In this document: positions 12,601 through 21,905 of the stretch, one piece after another
How positions within the stretch are numbered: the stretch's first letter is position 1
How the letters are laid out: each line of letters opens with the position of its first letter
NCBI GenBank assembly: GCA_013239625.1
Contig: MU054032.1
Location: 124,001 to 188,000, forward strand
Direction of reading: 5' to 3'
DNA: 64,000 nt
Origin: Lama guanicoe
Taxonomy: Eukaryota
Translations under genes and position numbers: made by a program
The notes under the pieces: model-generated
What the model was told of the DNA's origin: nothing
What the model saw: the letters and a program-made list of their open reading frames with translations, nothing else
Database searches by the model: none

Positions 12601-15600
12601 TGGTTAAGAACACAGGCTCTGGAATGAGAATGCCAGCCCACCTGCTGCGCCATTTACCAGCTGTTTGCTTCGGTTTCTTTATTTGTAAAGTGGAGTTCAT
12701 AGTAGTGTATGTACTTCATAGGGTTACTGAGAGGACTAAAATGAGTTCAGAGTCTTAGAACAGAGCTGAACGCATAGCTGTTCTCAGTAAATGCTAGCTT
12801 ACACTGATGCTGATGACTCTTACTTGGGAGAAGTGTTTCTTTTCCAGATACTGTGTTCATTGGCATGTAAGTTGTTTTCAGTGGCACCTCAAAAAGGGGG
12901 CACTTAAGTCCAAGAGAAAAAAGTGTATGTCTTGTGTTTGTATACCCTCTTTCTTTCCCTTATATATCAGTATATGTCTTATGCTCTTCACTTTTCTTTA
13001 CAGTTCCTGAGGATGTAATAAAGCAGGAAAATGACTCCTTAAAAATGGCAACCCATTCAGCAACCAGCCCAGTCTCCTTCTGTCTGAAGAGGGAGTTAGC
13101 TGGCTCCAACAGCTCTGCCACTTCTCCTGCCCGGGCCCGAGGCCGACCTCGGAAAACTAAGCCAGGGTCTATGCAATCTAGGCGCCTGAAATCTCTGGTC
13201 AAGGGTCAAGGTTCAGAACAGCCTCAGGCCCAGCTTCAGCCTGAGGCTCAGCCCCATCTTCATGAGCTTCAGGCTCATGTCCAGCCCCAGCCCCAGCCCC
13301 AGCCCCAGGCCCAGTTTCAGTTGCATCCTCAGTCTCATAATGGGTTCCTGGAGCCAGAAGGCTCCCCTTTGTCTCTGGGTCAGAGCCAGCATGACCTCAG
13401 CCAGTCAGCCTTCCTGTCGTGGCTGAGCCAGACTCAGAGCCATGGTTCCCTGCTCAGCAGCTCAGTTCTCACACCTGATAGCAGCCCCGGAAAACTGGAC
13501 CCGACCCCATCACAGCCCCTGGAGGAGCCAGAAGCTGATGAGGCAGAAGCCAGCTCTGAATCTCAAGCTCCCTGGTTTAACTTCTCAGCCCAGATGCCCT
13601 GCAATGTCGCCCCTACACCACCCCCTGCAATTTCTGAGGACCAGCCCACTTCTTCCCCTCAGCTACCTGCTTCCTCCAAGCCAGTAAGTAACCAGAACTA
13701 GTATTTACCTGATTTCATCTTACCCCTAGCTGTGGGCTGTCGCTGAAGTTCAGGGAAGGGATGGTTCCATTGGGGTCCTATAAACATAAAAACAGCCTCT
13801 TCCTCTTATGTTTCATCTCATTCACAGGTGAATAGACCCAGTGCTGCCAACCCCTGTCCTCCAGTGCAGCTCTCTTCCACCCCTTTGCCAGGTGTGGCTC
13901 CTAAAAGGCGAACAGGAGACCCTGGAGAAACACCACAGAGCCCCACAGGGCTGGGACAGCCCAAACGGAGAGGGAGACCCCCCAGTAAGTTCTTCAAACA
14001 GATGGAGCAGCGTTACCTGACCCAGCTGACAGCCCAGCCTGTGCCCCCTGGTGAGTGATCTTGGGGTAGGATGCGGTGAGGGTGTAGGCAGGAGGGACAT
14101 CAGATGTGGGCCATGTGATTCATAGCTGGTTCCCACACCCCACACACACATAAACTTTCTTCACAGAAATGCGCTCGGGCTGGTGGTGGATCCGAGATCC
14201 TGAGACATTGGATGCCACACTCAAGGCCCTACACCCCCGAGGCATCCGAGAGAAGGCACTTCACAAACACCTAAACAAGCACAGGGACTTGTTACAGGAA
14301 GTCTGCCTACGACCCTCAGCTGGTAAGACAAATACCTTGACCCAACCTGAGCTGAAGAGCCCAGGTAGATGTTGAGCTGCTGCTGTGGATGGTAAACAGC
14401 CTGATAGGCCTTTCCCGCTGCTTTCTGTCATCTCAGACCCCATCTTTGAGCCCAATCAGCTACCTGCCTCTCAAGAAGGGATTATGAGCTGGTCCCCCAA
14501 AGAGAAGACATTTGAGACAGACCTGGCTGTGCTTCAGTGGGTAGAAGAGCTGGAGCAGCGGGTGATCCTCTCTGATCTGCAGATCCGGGTACGCTGGGGC
14601 TGGCACTGGGCAGGGGGTTGTTGAGGAGAGGGTATTAATATCTTGTACGTATTAGGAAAAACCTGCATTCCCGCTTCACAAGTGACCTATCATGACCCTA
14701 AGTGGGTTATATTTTTTGCTATGCTTAATGTTCTTCCTTTAATAATGAGTTTTCTTTCTTTCTCCCACCTGCAGGGCTGGACATGTCCCAGCCCAGACTC
14801 TACTCGTGAAGACTTGGCTTACTGTGAGCACCTACCTGACTCCCAGGAGGATATCACCTGGAGAGGTCGAGGCAAGGAAGGACTGGCACCCCAGCGTAAA
14901 ACTACCAACCCTCTGGACCTGGCAGTGATGCGCCTTGCTGCCCTGGAGCAGAATGTGGAGAGGCGGTACCTGCGGGAGCCCCTCTGGCCAGCTCATGAAT
15001 TTGTGCTGGAGAAGGCCCTGCTCAGCACGCCCAGTAGTGCCCCCCAGTGCACCACTACAGAGATGTGAGTGCCCCCTGCCACATATACTATTCTTGGATA
15101 AATTTACTGGATCCTGCTCCTCATCAGAAAATCTCCACTTTCTCCCTCCAGATCATACGAGATCACCCCTCGCATTCGGGCCTGGCGCCAAACGCTAGAG
15201 CGGTGCCGGAGTGCGGCCCAGGTGTGCTTGTGCCTAGGCCAGCTGGAGAGGTCCATTGCCTGGGAGAAGTCCGTCAACAAAGTGGTAAGAGGCCTGGAAA
15301 GCCTGGGGAGGCTGAAGAGATGGCCAGCTGGGGTGGGTGGGGTCATTGGCAGGCAGAGACTTGAAGGCTCACCCTGCCTCCTCACAACCTTGGTCCAGAC
15401 CTGTCTAGTTTGCCGGAAGGGTGACAACGATGAGTTTCTTCTACTTTGTGATGGATGTGACCGTGGCTGCCATATTTACTGCCATCGGCCCAAGATGGAG
15501 GCTGTCCCAGAAGGAGACTGGTTCTGTGCTGTCTGTTTGGCCCAGGTAAGCCTTCTGCTCTCTCATTCCACTCCCAAGCAGAAATCAGAGATTCTTCTCA

Positions 15601-16664
15601 TTCCTTTTGCCTCCAGTCCAACAGACACCACTTCTTACCATGGCTTCAGTCCCTCCTGAAGGACTCCAGACTAAGTGCTCGGAGACCTGGGTTCTGGTCC
15701 TTTGGAAAAGTCACTTAAATTCTATAACCTCACTTGCTTTCCTCTGTAAAATGGGAACGATTATGCTCTCCCTCTTACCTGCCTTACTGGGTTATGTGAA
15801 TAAATTCACGTGCTACCTCATGCATGAACGTATTCACACTTAGACAAGGAGGGATTGTAATTAACTGGAGGGCAAGCAGAGCACACGTTCAGCTGTTGCT
15901 GATCTCACCTTTTTCTTATCCTTAGCAGGTAGACGGGGAACTGACTCAGAAGCCTGGTTTCCCAAAACGAGGCCAGAAGCGGAAGAGTAGTTACGCACTG
16001 AACTTCCCAGAGGGTGACAGCCGCCGGCGCCGGGTACTGTCAAGGGGCCGAGAAAGCCCAACAGCGCCTCGGTACTCAGAAGAAGGGCTGTCCCCCTCAA
16101 AGCGGCGGCGGCTCTCCATGCGGAGCCACCACAGCGATCTCACATTTTGCGAGTGAGTTGAGCGAATTCATTGGACAGCTGTCTCTTCCTTCGCCAGAGT
16201 AAAGGGCTGGGAGGTGTCAGTGTGTTTGTTTCCCGACAATGCAGTCATCACTGTCTCTTTCATAATAGGATTATCTTGATGGAGATGGAGTCCCATGATG
16301 CAGCCTGGCCTTTCCTGGAGCCTGTGAACCCACGATTGGTGAGTGGGTACCGACGCATCATCAAAAACCCTATGGATTTCTCCACCATGCGGGAGCGGCT
16401 GCTCCGGGGAGGGTAAGTAGACGTCGGCGCCTCTCCAGCTCCTCTGTTACTGCCGTGCCTCCCATCCACCTCACAGCCCTGCCTCCACCCCTGCCCAGGT
16501 ACACCAGCTCAGAGGAGTTCGCGGCTGATGCACTCCTGGTCTTTGACAACTGCCAGACCTTCAACGAGGATGACTCTGAAGTGGGCAAGGCAGGGCACAT
16601 CATGCGCCGCTTCTTCGAGAGCCGCTGGGAGGAGTTTTATCAGGGAAAACAGGCCAATCTGTGA
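504..16664 (+). CDS. BAZ2A: BAZ2A (TIP5), bromodomain adjacent to zinc finger domain 2A; complete spliced CDS, 28 coding exons
   Basis: Translated exons match BAZ2A from MEANDHFNFTGLPPAP to EEFYQGKQANL*. Domains in order: MBD/TAM, AT-hooks, DDT, WHIM motifs, PHD, bromodomain. All introns are GT-AG with consistent phases; exon sum 5769 nt = 1922 aa + stop. The first exon lies upstream of the window. Confidence 0.98.
2245..2838 (+). CDS. BAZ2A: BAZ2A exon 3
   Basis: ctctgccag| (S)LNGDVNVNG...LEEEQP; donor GTATAA at 2839. Confidence 0.95.
3668..3853 (+). CDS. BAZ2A: BAZ2A exon 4
   Basis: ttcctag| (E)LKMCGYNGS...NTLAP; donor GTAGGC. Confidence 0.95.
4360..4578 (+). CDS. BAZ2A: BAZ2A exon 5
   Basis: (E)PVSGGLYGIDD...GESVLQ; donor GTGAGT. 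Confidence 0.93.
5022..5522 (+). CDS. BAZ2A: BAZ2A exon 6 (Ser/Pro/Ala-rich repeat region)
   Basis: (D)NSFDLNNGSD...GVTTSGS; donor GTGAGT. Confidence 0.95.
5667..5727 (+). CDS. BAZ2A: BAZ2A exon 7 (start of MBD/TAM)
   Basis: (G)DVLRRRIATPEEVRLPLQH; donor GTAAAT. Confidence 0.93.
6783..6891 (+). CDS. BAZ2A: BAZ2A exon 8 (MBD/TAM)
   Basis: WRREVRIKKGSHRWQGETWYYGPCGKRMKQFPEVIK. Confidence 0.95.
7060..7161 (+). CDS. BAZ2A: BAZ2A exon 9 (MBD/TAM)
   Basis: YLSRNVVHNVRREHFSFSPRMPVGDFFEERDTPE. Confidence 0.95.
7332..7542 (+). CDS. BAZ2A: BAZ2A exon 10 (two AT-hooks)
   Basis: GLQWVQLSAEEIPSRIQAITGKRGRPR...KRGRGRPPK...KKLETQ; absent from the ORF track. Confidence 0.95.
8005..8180 (+). mobile_element. 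MIR SINE remnant
   Basis: gagttccagctctgcca...tgacctcgagcaagtcattta. Confidence 0.5.
8802..8902 (+). CDS. BAZ2A: BAZ2A exon 11
   Basis: (E)TLNEEDKAKMSKIKKKMKQKVQRGECQTTIQGQ. Confidence 0.93.
9222..9287 (+). CDS. BAZ2A: BAZ2A exon 12
   Basis: ARNKRKQETKSLKQKEAKKKSK. Confidence 0.92.
9469..9702 (+). CDS. BAZ2A: BAZ2A exon 13 (Lys/Glu-rich coiled coil)
   Basis: AEKEKVKTKQEKLKEK...KKPTEDMCLTDHQ. Confidence 0.93.
9824..10078 (+). CDS. BAZ2A: BAZ2A exon 14 (DDT domain)
   Basis: PLPDFSRIPGL...FSDCLTIVEFLHSFGKVLGF...PPYCQ. Confidence 0.95.
10205..10684 (-). mobile_element. MER47/Tigger5-like TcMar-Tigger element in BAZ2A intron 14
   Basis: ccattctgtttctcactttcagtacagt, ttttgcccaactctaggctaa, ttaggtgtattaaatgcattttc; ends in gatctg followed by TA. 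Confidence 0.8.
11004..11218 (+). CDS. BAZ2A: BAZ2A exon 15
   Basis: SLKILGEKVSEIPLTRDNVSEILRCFL...GSTLII. Confidence 0.95.
11518..11592 (+). CDS. BAZ2A: BAZ2A exon 16
   Basis: EIDKTLESMSSYRKNKWIVEGRLR. Confidence 0.94.
11805..11985 (+). CDS. BAZ2A: BAZ2A exon 17 (poly-Glu)
   Basis: LKTALAKRTGRPE...MEEEEEEE...GRRDGE. Confidence 0.93.
12085..12144 (+). CDS. BAZ2A: BAZ2A exon 18
   Basis: VDITTSSIPELERQIEKLSK. Confidence 0.92.
12341..12485 (+). CDS. BAZ2A: BAZ2A exon 19 (WHIM2/WSD motif)
   Basis: RQLFFRKKLLHSSQMLRAVSLGQDRYRRRYWVLP. Confidence 0.95.
12590..12800 (+). mobile_element. MIR SINE
   Basis: gtggttaagaacacaggctctgga...ggtttctttatttgtaaagtgg...cttcatagggttactgagagga...ctcagtaaatg. 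Confidence 0.75.
13004..13683 (+). CDS. BAZ2A: BAZ2A exon 20 (AT-hook 3, QP-rich linker)
   Basis: (V)PEDVIKQEN...RARGRPRK...PASSKP; donor GTAAGT. Confidence 0.94.
13828..14050 (+). CDS. BAZ2A: BAZ2A exon 21 (AT-hook 4)
   Basis: VNRPSAANP...KRRGRPPSKFFKQMEQRY...PVPP. Confidence 0.94.
14167..14322 (+). CDS. BAZ2A: BAZ2A exon 22 (WHIM3)
   Basis: (E)MRSGWWWIRDPETLDATLKALHPRGIREKALHKHL. Confidence 0.95.
14437..14588 (+). CDS. BAZ2A: BAZ2A exon 23
   Basis: (D)PIFEPNQLP...VEELEQRVILSDLQIR. Confidence 0.94.
14775..15064 (+). CDS. BAZ2A: BAZ2A exon 24
   Basis: GWTCPSPDSTREDL...LEQNVERRYLREPLW...CTTTE. Confidence 0.94.
15152..15284 (+). CDS. BAZ2A: BAZ2A exon 25
   Basis: SYEITPRIRAWRQTLERC...SIAWEKSVNKV. 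Confidence 0.94.
15399..15545 (+). CDS. BAZ2A: BAZ2A exon 26 (PHD finger)
   Basis: TCLVCRKGDNDEFLLLCDGCDRGCHIYCHRPKMEAVPEGDWFCAVC = C4HC3. Confidence 0.97.
15678..15815 (+). mobile_element. MIR SINE remnant
   Basis: ggagacctgggttctggtcc...aagtcacttaa...ctgtaaaatggg. Confidence 0.6.
15926..16152 (+). CDS. BAZ2A: BAZ2A exon 27 (NAGNAG acceptor, start 15926 or 15929)
   Basis: QVDGELTQKPGFPKRGQKRK...HHSDLTFC. Confidence 0.92.
16269..16412 (+). CDS. BAZ2A: BAZ2A exon 28 (bromodomain)
   Basis: IILMEMESHDAAWPFLEPVNPRLVSGYRRIIKNPMDFSTM. Confidence 0.97.
16499..16664 (+). CDS. BAZ2A: BAZ2A exon 29 coding part (bromodomain C-terminus, TGA)
   Basis: YTSSEEFAADALLVFDNCQTFNEDDSEVGKAGHIMRRFFESRW...QANL*. 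Confidence 0.97.
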
Positions 16665-17592
16665 GGCAAGGGTGGGGAGATTCACCTTGCGGCATCACCC
16701 CCTGCCCTCCAAACCAACCAACCCTGCCATTCTCACCTGCTGATGCTGCCCTGGGTCCATACTCAAGTCAGAGACATAGCCCTGATTTTTGACCCTATCC
16801 TTGGCAGCGCCCCACATCTTATCCCTACACCCCCTTCTCCCTTTCCTCCTCTTGTTCCTCAAATAAGAGGGCCAGAGATGAGGTCCTTTTGGACTGAAAG
16901 CCAAAAAAAGAAAGAAAAAATAATTTTTCCTTTGTTTTGTTTCCTAATTAAAAAAGGAGGAGGAAAGAAGTCCCTACTTCCTCCTCCCAGCTTCCTCACC
17001 TTCCCTGTACGTGCCCCAGCATTCTGGGGCTATTTAACAATAGCAATAGTTCTAGTGAATGTGTGAAACCGAGAAACACTCTGTACTGTGTGTGGACCCG
17101 CAGTGACGGCCAGTAAAGTGGACTTAACTCCCAAGTGTGTCGAGCCGGACACCGGGCCCTGAACATGCTGCTTCCATGTTCAGTCCCTCCCCTGCTTTTC
17201 TCTCTCTCCTTTCCTCTCCCCTCTTGCAGGTTTTCTCTCTCCCAATAATGTAAAACTGTTGTGTACGGGTTCCTCCCTCCTTTTCTCTCACCAATTTTTT
17301 TCCCTTCAAAGGAAAAAAAAAGTTCAGAGGTCCCTGTCTTTTCTCTGTCCTTGATCTTCCTGCCAATAGTTATGCCCTCTGTAATGTTGGATACTCCTCA
17401 AATGCTGAGTTTCTAGCCTTTTCTGAAACTTAGCAACTGGGGAGAGAGCAGGGAGGCACCCAGGACCTTGGGCCTTCCAGCTTCCTTCCCCACCTCTTAC
17501 CCAAACCTCCCTCTTGGGAACTCCTCAGGGACAACTACTGCTGAGTTTGGGCACATCCCCAAGATGGAGGCCAGGTAGCAATCAACTGGCCT

Positions 17593-17630
17593 GAGAGAGA
17601 GAGAGAGGTGTGTGCATGTGTGTGTGAGAG
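17593..17630 (+). repeat. Compound (GA)n/(GT)n microsatellite in the BAZ2A 3' UTR
   Basis: gagagagagagagaggtgtgtgcatgtgtgtgtgagag. Confidence 0.85.
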
Positions 17631-18914
17631 GGTGCTGTGATTGTGCCCCTGTTTTGTTTGGTGGCATCCATTCAGTTTCCCCAAGTATCTGTTTTTTTCC
17701 CACTTTCCCCCTTGTTTTAAACCATCACTTTGTCTTTGGGAAACCACAGGAACAGTTTTTCTGGGTACAAGGCTGTGTCTCTCCCCCTCTCTCCCAGTCA
17801 TTTCTGTTCCAGCCTCTTCAAACTGTGCAATCTTTCAGCAGGAACTCCCTCTCCTTTCAGTAGCTCTGAGTCTTAAAGCTTTTGCAGGGAGAGGGGTAGA
17901 ACTGGATCTTTTCCTAATCCCATGAGCTTCTGTGGGTTTAGTTGTGCTTTCCTTCCCTTTTCTACTTCATGCCCTGGGACCCCCTTCCCCAGCAGCAGAG
18001 ACCCCGGAGCACAAGAGAGTAGGGAGGATGGGTTCTGGGTCCACCACTGCCCTACATGTGACTACGCCCAAGTTAAGCCCCAACATGTGAGAGGAAAGCT
18101 GCTAACTCCCAGCTATAGCCATGGGCCCCTGGCCCCCTGCTTTCCTGCTCAGCAGAGCCCCTCCCATCAGAGATTACGGGTACTTGCACTGGGGAGGTGG
18201 CGGCTGGCTGGCCCAAGCAGAGAGCTGAGGCATCCAAGAAATGTTCCATTGGTGGGAGAGGGGCTGCCAGGTGAGGTGGAACATTCCTTGTACTTCTGGC
18301 AGCACTGAATAGCCAGGAGACGGGGCAGTGTAGGTCCTGGGGCAGCCCCATTCCTACTCCTTTACGCCCCTTCTGCCCCATAGCCTATTTCTAAAGTCGC
18401 CTTTTCTGTCAGATAAACCTCAAAACTTAATTTTATTTGAGATTTTTTTTTTGCTTTTAAATAAGAGGTGGATTGAAGAATATTTGAATTGACTTTATAT
18501 TATGCATAAATATTTATATTTTATCTAAATAACTGCGCTGTAACAAACTTTGTGTTAGTCAAACGTTTGGAACTGTTATAGGTGGGGCTCTTCTTTTTCC
18601 CCACAGCAGTTTTCCCCTGGTGTAAAATGTACTAGATTAATTTTACTGTTGGAGGTTAGGTGGATGGGGGAGTGAAATCTCAACTGTTCCTGCTCTGTGT
18701 TCCTCTCCCAGCTCCATCTCTGTCTAGGGACCAGGCACTCTTAAGGTCGGGTGGAGTCCTAGCCTGTTTGAAGATGTAGGGGCTGAAGGGGGTGGGGGTA
18801 GGGCATGATCAAAGGGGCCATTTCTCACTTTTCTTTCCTCATCTTCACCGCCCCTTGAGCTAGGTGGATTTTCTCTTCTTGACAGATAAGAGTATTTGGT
18901 AGGGAAGGCAGGTT

Positions 18915-18929
18915 AATAAAGTAAATAAA
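18915..18929 (+). terminator. Tandem AATAAA hexamers, possible proximal BAZ2A poly(A) site
   Basis: ggttAATAAAgtaAATAAAa. Confidence 0.45.
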
Positions 18930-19248
18930 ACCCACCCCCTGCCCCTTTGTTTCCCCTCCCCATCAGTCTGGTTAACAGGAAAAACCACACCATCAACACC
19001 AACAAGTTTCCATGTTCCTTTTACAACAAAAGGGACTTGACTTTTTATATAACCAAATGTGGTGTTTTAGTGACTTTTTGATAATGTACAGTTTTTTGTG
19101 AATTTAAATTTATTTCTTTCTATATTTTTAGGACCAATCTCATTTTTAATAAGGTTAAAAAAGGAAAAAAAAAAGTCTAGAGAAAAAAACTCCTGTTTTT
19201 GCCATGTGATGTTCCACAAGTGCAGCTGTAGAAAGTGCTTGTCAGTTG

Positions 19249-19254
19249 AATAAA
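19249..19254 (+). terminator. Probable distal polyadenylation signal of BAZ2A
   Basis: AATAAA followed by GU/U-rich sequence (gtgtatttatctt). Confidence 0.7.
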
Positions 19255-19621
19255 AACCACATTTGATAGATTCAAAAGACTCCGTGTATTTATCTTCAGC
19301 TTATGTTCTCATACTTACCTAAAGGGGAAGACGGGGCGCAGGGTGAGTATGCCTGACCTGATGTAGGAGTCAGCAGGCAGGCGAGCTGTTATGCCCCTAC
19401 AACTCCCAGCTTGGCCCTTCCTGTGCAAGAGGCACCAAAGGCAGAATTCCTGCTTCTGTGGATGGAGCAGGTGCTCCTGACCGAGGTGCTAGAACAAAGG
19501 AGCCAAGTGTGCCTGGTTCCTCCCCTGCCCCCTGTGTTCCCATTATAGTGAGTGTATGTGCCCATCACCACCTTCCCAGCTTCCCCCAATGGATAAGACA
19601 CCAGGAGGTAGAATTTTGTGT

Positions 19622-19627
19622 TTTATT
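19622..19627 (-). terminator. Probable distal polyadenylation signal of RBMS2
   Basis: TTTATT on + (AATAAA on -), preceded on - by U-rich UTR-like sequence. Confidence 0.55.
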
Positions 19628-21734
19628 TCAAAACAAAAGTTGAAATAAGACAAAATAAAGCTTTACCAAATTGTAGAGAAGGAACATGAGAATACCAAGG
19701 GTCAGAAAAAGAAGAATGGGTGGCACTGGCACAGACATGGCCAGAGTATGCTACTACAGAAACCTCTGGATGAAGAGAAATGTACAAAACGTGTTTGAGT
19801 ATAAATTAAGCTTATTTCCTGTCTAAAGTGGTAAGTGCATGCAAGAGAGCACTAACCACCCAAAAAAAGATGTGTTGGAGGATGTGGACACCAATAATGG
19901 GGCAAGAACTTTCTTTACTCAGGGTGGGAAAGCTTATCACCCTCCAGGCTGGAAATTCTGCTTTGGTGAACCCTCTAAACTAACTGGAATAAGGTGGAGA
20001 AGGAACATCTCTGTTTCCAGCCCTGTACAAACCCCGAACTCCCGCTGGGCGCATGCTTGCCTGCTCAGCCGCAGGGCAGCCACGGCCAGCTCTCGTCCTC
20101 AGGTTCTGAGCTCTGCCCTGGTGCTGGTTGTCCTGGGGTGGCTCCCAAGCATTCGTTAGTATTCTAAGCAGTCATGACCTAGCCTGCCTCCTGGCCTGTC
20201 ACAGCAAGACTTAACTGAAGAGTTCACACTATTCTAGTGATTATGAGGTAAAAAAAATCTCAAGACATTCAGAAACAAATAACCAAGAGTTTTGTATTTA
20301 ATCATGAGCCCCTTTCTAGTTCCCAGCTTCTTAGACCTCATGCCGGGAAGGAAGGAAAGACGTAAACCAGGTGCTTGTGCCCTTGCTGAACTGGGAAACT
20401 GAGGTAGATATGTAACAAGGACAAGGAAGTTCTGGGATACGCCTGGAGAACGACGGCTTATTCAAAACAAGCGGATATGCCGGGGAGAAGGAGCCGCCGT
20501 AAGCGGGAGGGGGACCTAGCCTTCTCAAGACTGCAGCCGCAGGGACCACCCCCAGGGAGGCGGCCGGTGAAGAGAATTCAGCAAAGATGACTAGGGTGAC
20601 AGAGCTCACTGGCCAGTCTCGGCTGCTGAAGGAGGACCCTCCTACAAAAGGAAGGGGTGAAAGCTGAGTAAACATGATCTAAAATGCAGGTAGCACAGAG
20701 ATGGAGTAGTTGGTTTAAGAGGGAATCAGGAAGAATCAGTCTGATAAGGCACAAGATTTCAGATCTAGCCCTTACAGATGAGCTTCCACAATGCCCACCC
20801 TTCTCTGAAGCTGGTCTAGTAGCGCCTGGGGACAAGTTCAGACCTGATCACCCACCCAAGTTTATTGCCCTTGGCCAGGAAAGTCAGGAGAGCGCCTCGT
20901 GTGCAATGCTGCTGCTCTCCCAGGAGGTGGGGCACGTGCACAAGAGAGCAGCAATGATTCTTTTTCCTAGAAGAATGGATTCTACTGTTGGGATTCCTGC
21001 AACATTCCATTGCAGCAAGGCCTCTCAGTGTCTTTGTGGAGCAACGTAACAACCCACATGTAGGGCCCCAAAGGTTTGACACTGAAGCAGCAGAGAATGA
21101 GCACTGCAGGCACCCAGGGGCTGAATGAGCTCACGGATCAGTAAGTTAGGAAAGGAAGAGGAACGGAACTGGGCTGAGGTGGCCCGACCCAGGCATGGTT
21201 GGTGGAGCAGCAAAGTCGAGTCCTTACTCAAGCGCAAGCGATGCCCCCTACCACTCCCGTCTCTACTGACAAGGGCTATTTATTACCTCAGAGCCACCAG
21301 GCTTCCTAGTCTGGGCAGCTTTTCAAATTCTTTGGTTAAAAACACTCTTTAAAAATAAAACCTCTCCCCATCTTCATTCCCACATCTTCCCTAACCTTGA
21401 CCCACACCCTCCAAAAAACTAATCAGCCTCGGGCTGAGTATCATCTCAGAGTGAGACAGGAGCAGTTAACACCACCGGCATGAGATGGGACGGGCAGGCT
21501 CTGAGCTGGTAAAGGCTTATCTCACCTGAGAAAGGGATTCTGGTATGTTCTAGTTGACTGGAAACAGAAAAATACAAAGTACTCAAATATTTTAAGAACG
21601 CATGAGCATCTGTAACGAGTGGGAGTGAAATGTGAAGTGCGGAGACAGTACGACCTGGGCTCCGTGAAGACAGGACTCAGAAAGCACGAGGTATAGTGTT
21701 CAAAGAGGCCAGCCCTTAAAGGCGGTGGGAAGGG

Positions 21735-21905
21735 ATGAACCGGGAATTGGAAAATTGCACCTCCTGGGGAGTGATGGAAGTGTTAGCTATCTTGATCGTG
21801 GTAGTGGTTTCATTGGTAAATCAAAATTCATCAAACTGTTCATTTGAAATATGTATAGCTTATGGTGCAGGAACCATACCACAATAAAGGTGTTTAAAAA
21901 TATAA
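21735..21905 (+). mobile_element. Ancient LINE-1 3' terminal fragment in the RBMS2 3' UTR
   Basis: gtgatggaagtgttagctatcttgatcgtggtagtggtttca...tcaaaattcatcaaactg...caataaag. Confidence 0.7.

Larger units (their letters stand above)
16665..19275 (+). other. BAZ2A: BAZ2A 3' UTR (about 2.6 kb; end approximate)
   Basis: No interspersed repeat recognised; AU- and pyrimidine-rich sequence after the stop; AATAAA at 18915, 18924 and 19249. Confidence 0.75.

Noticed and set aside
14323..14436. Other 3n-length introns (14323-14436, 15065-15151, RBMS2 31082-31210) as in-frame retention candidates
   Set aside because: Each contains an in-frame stop codon.
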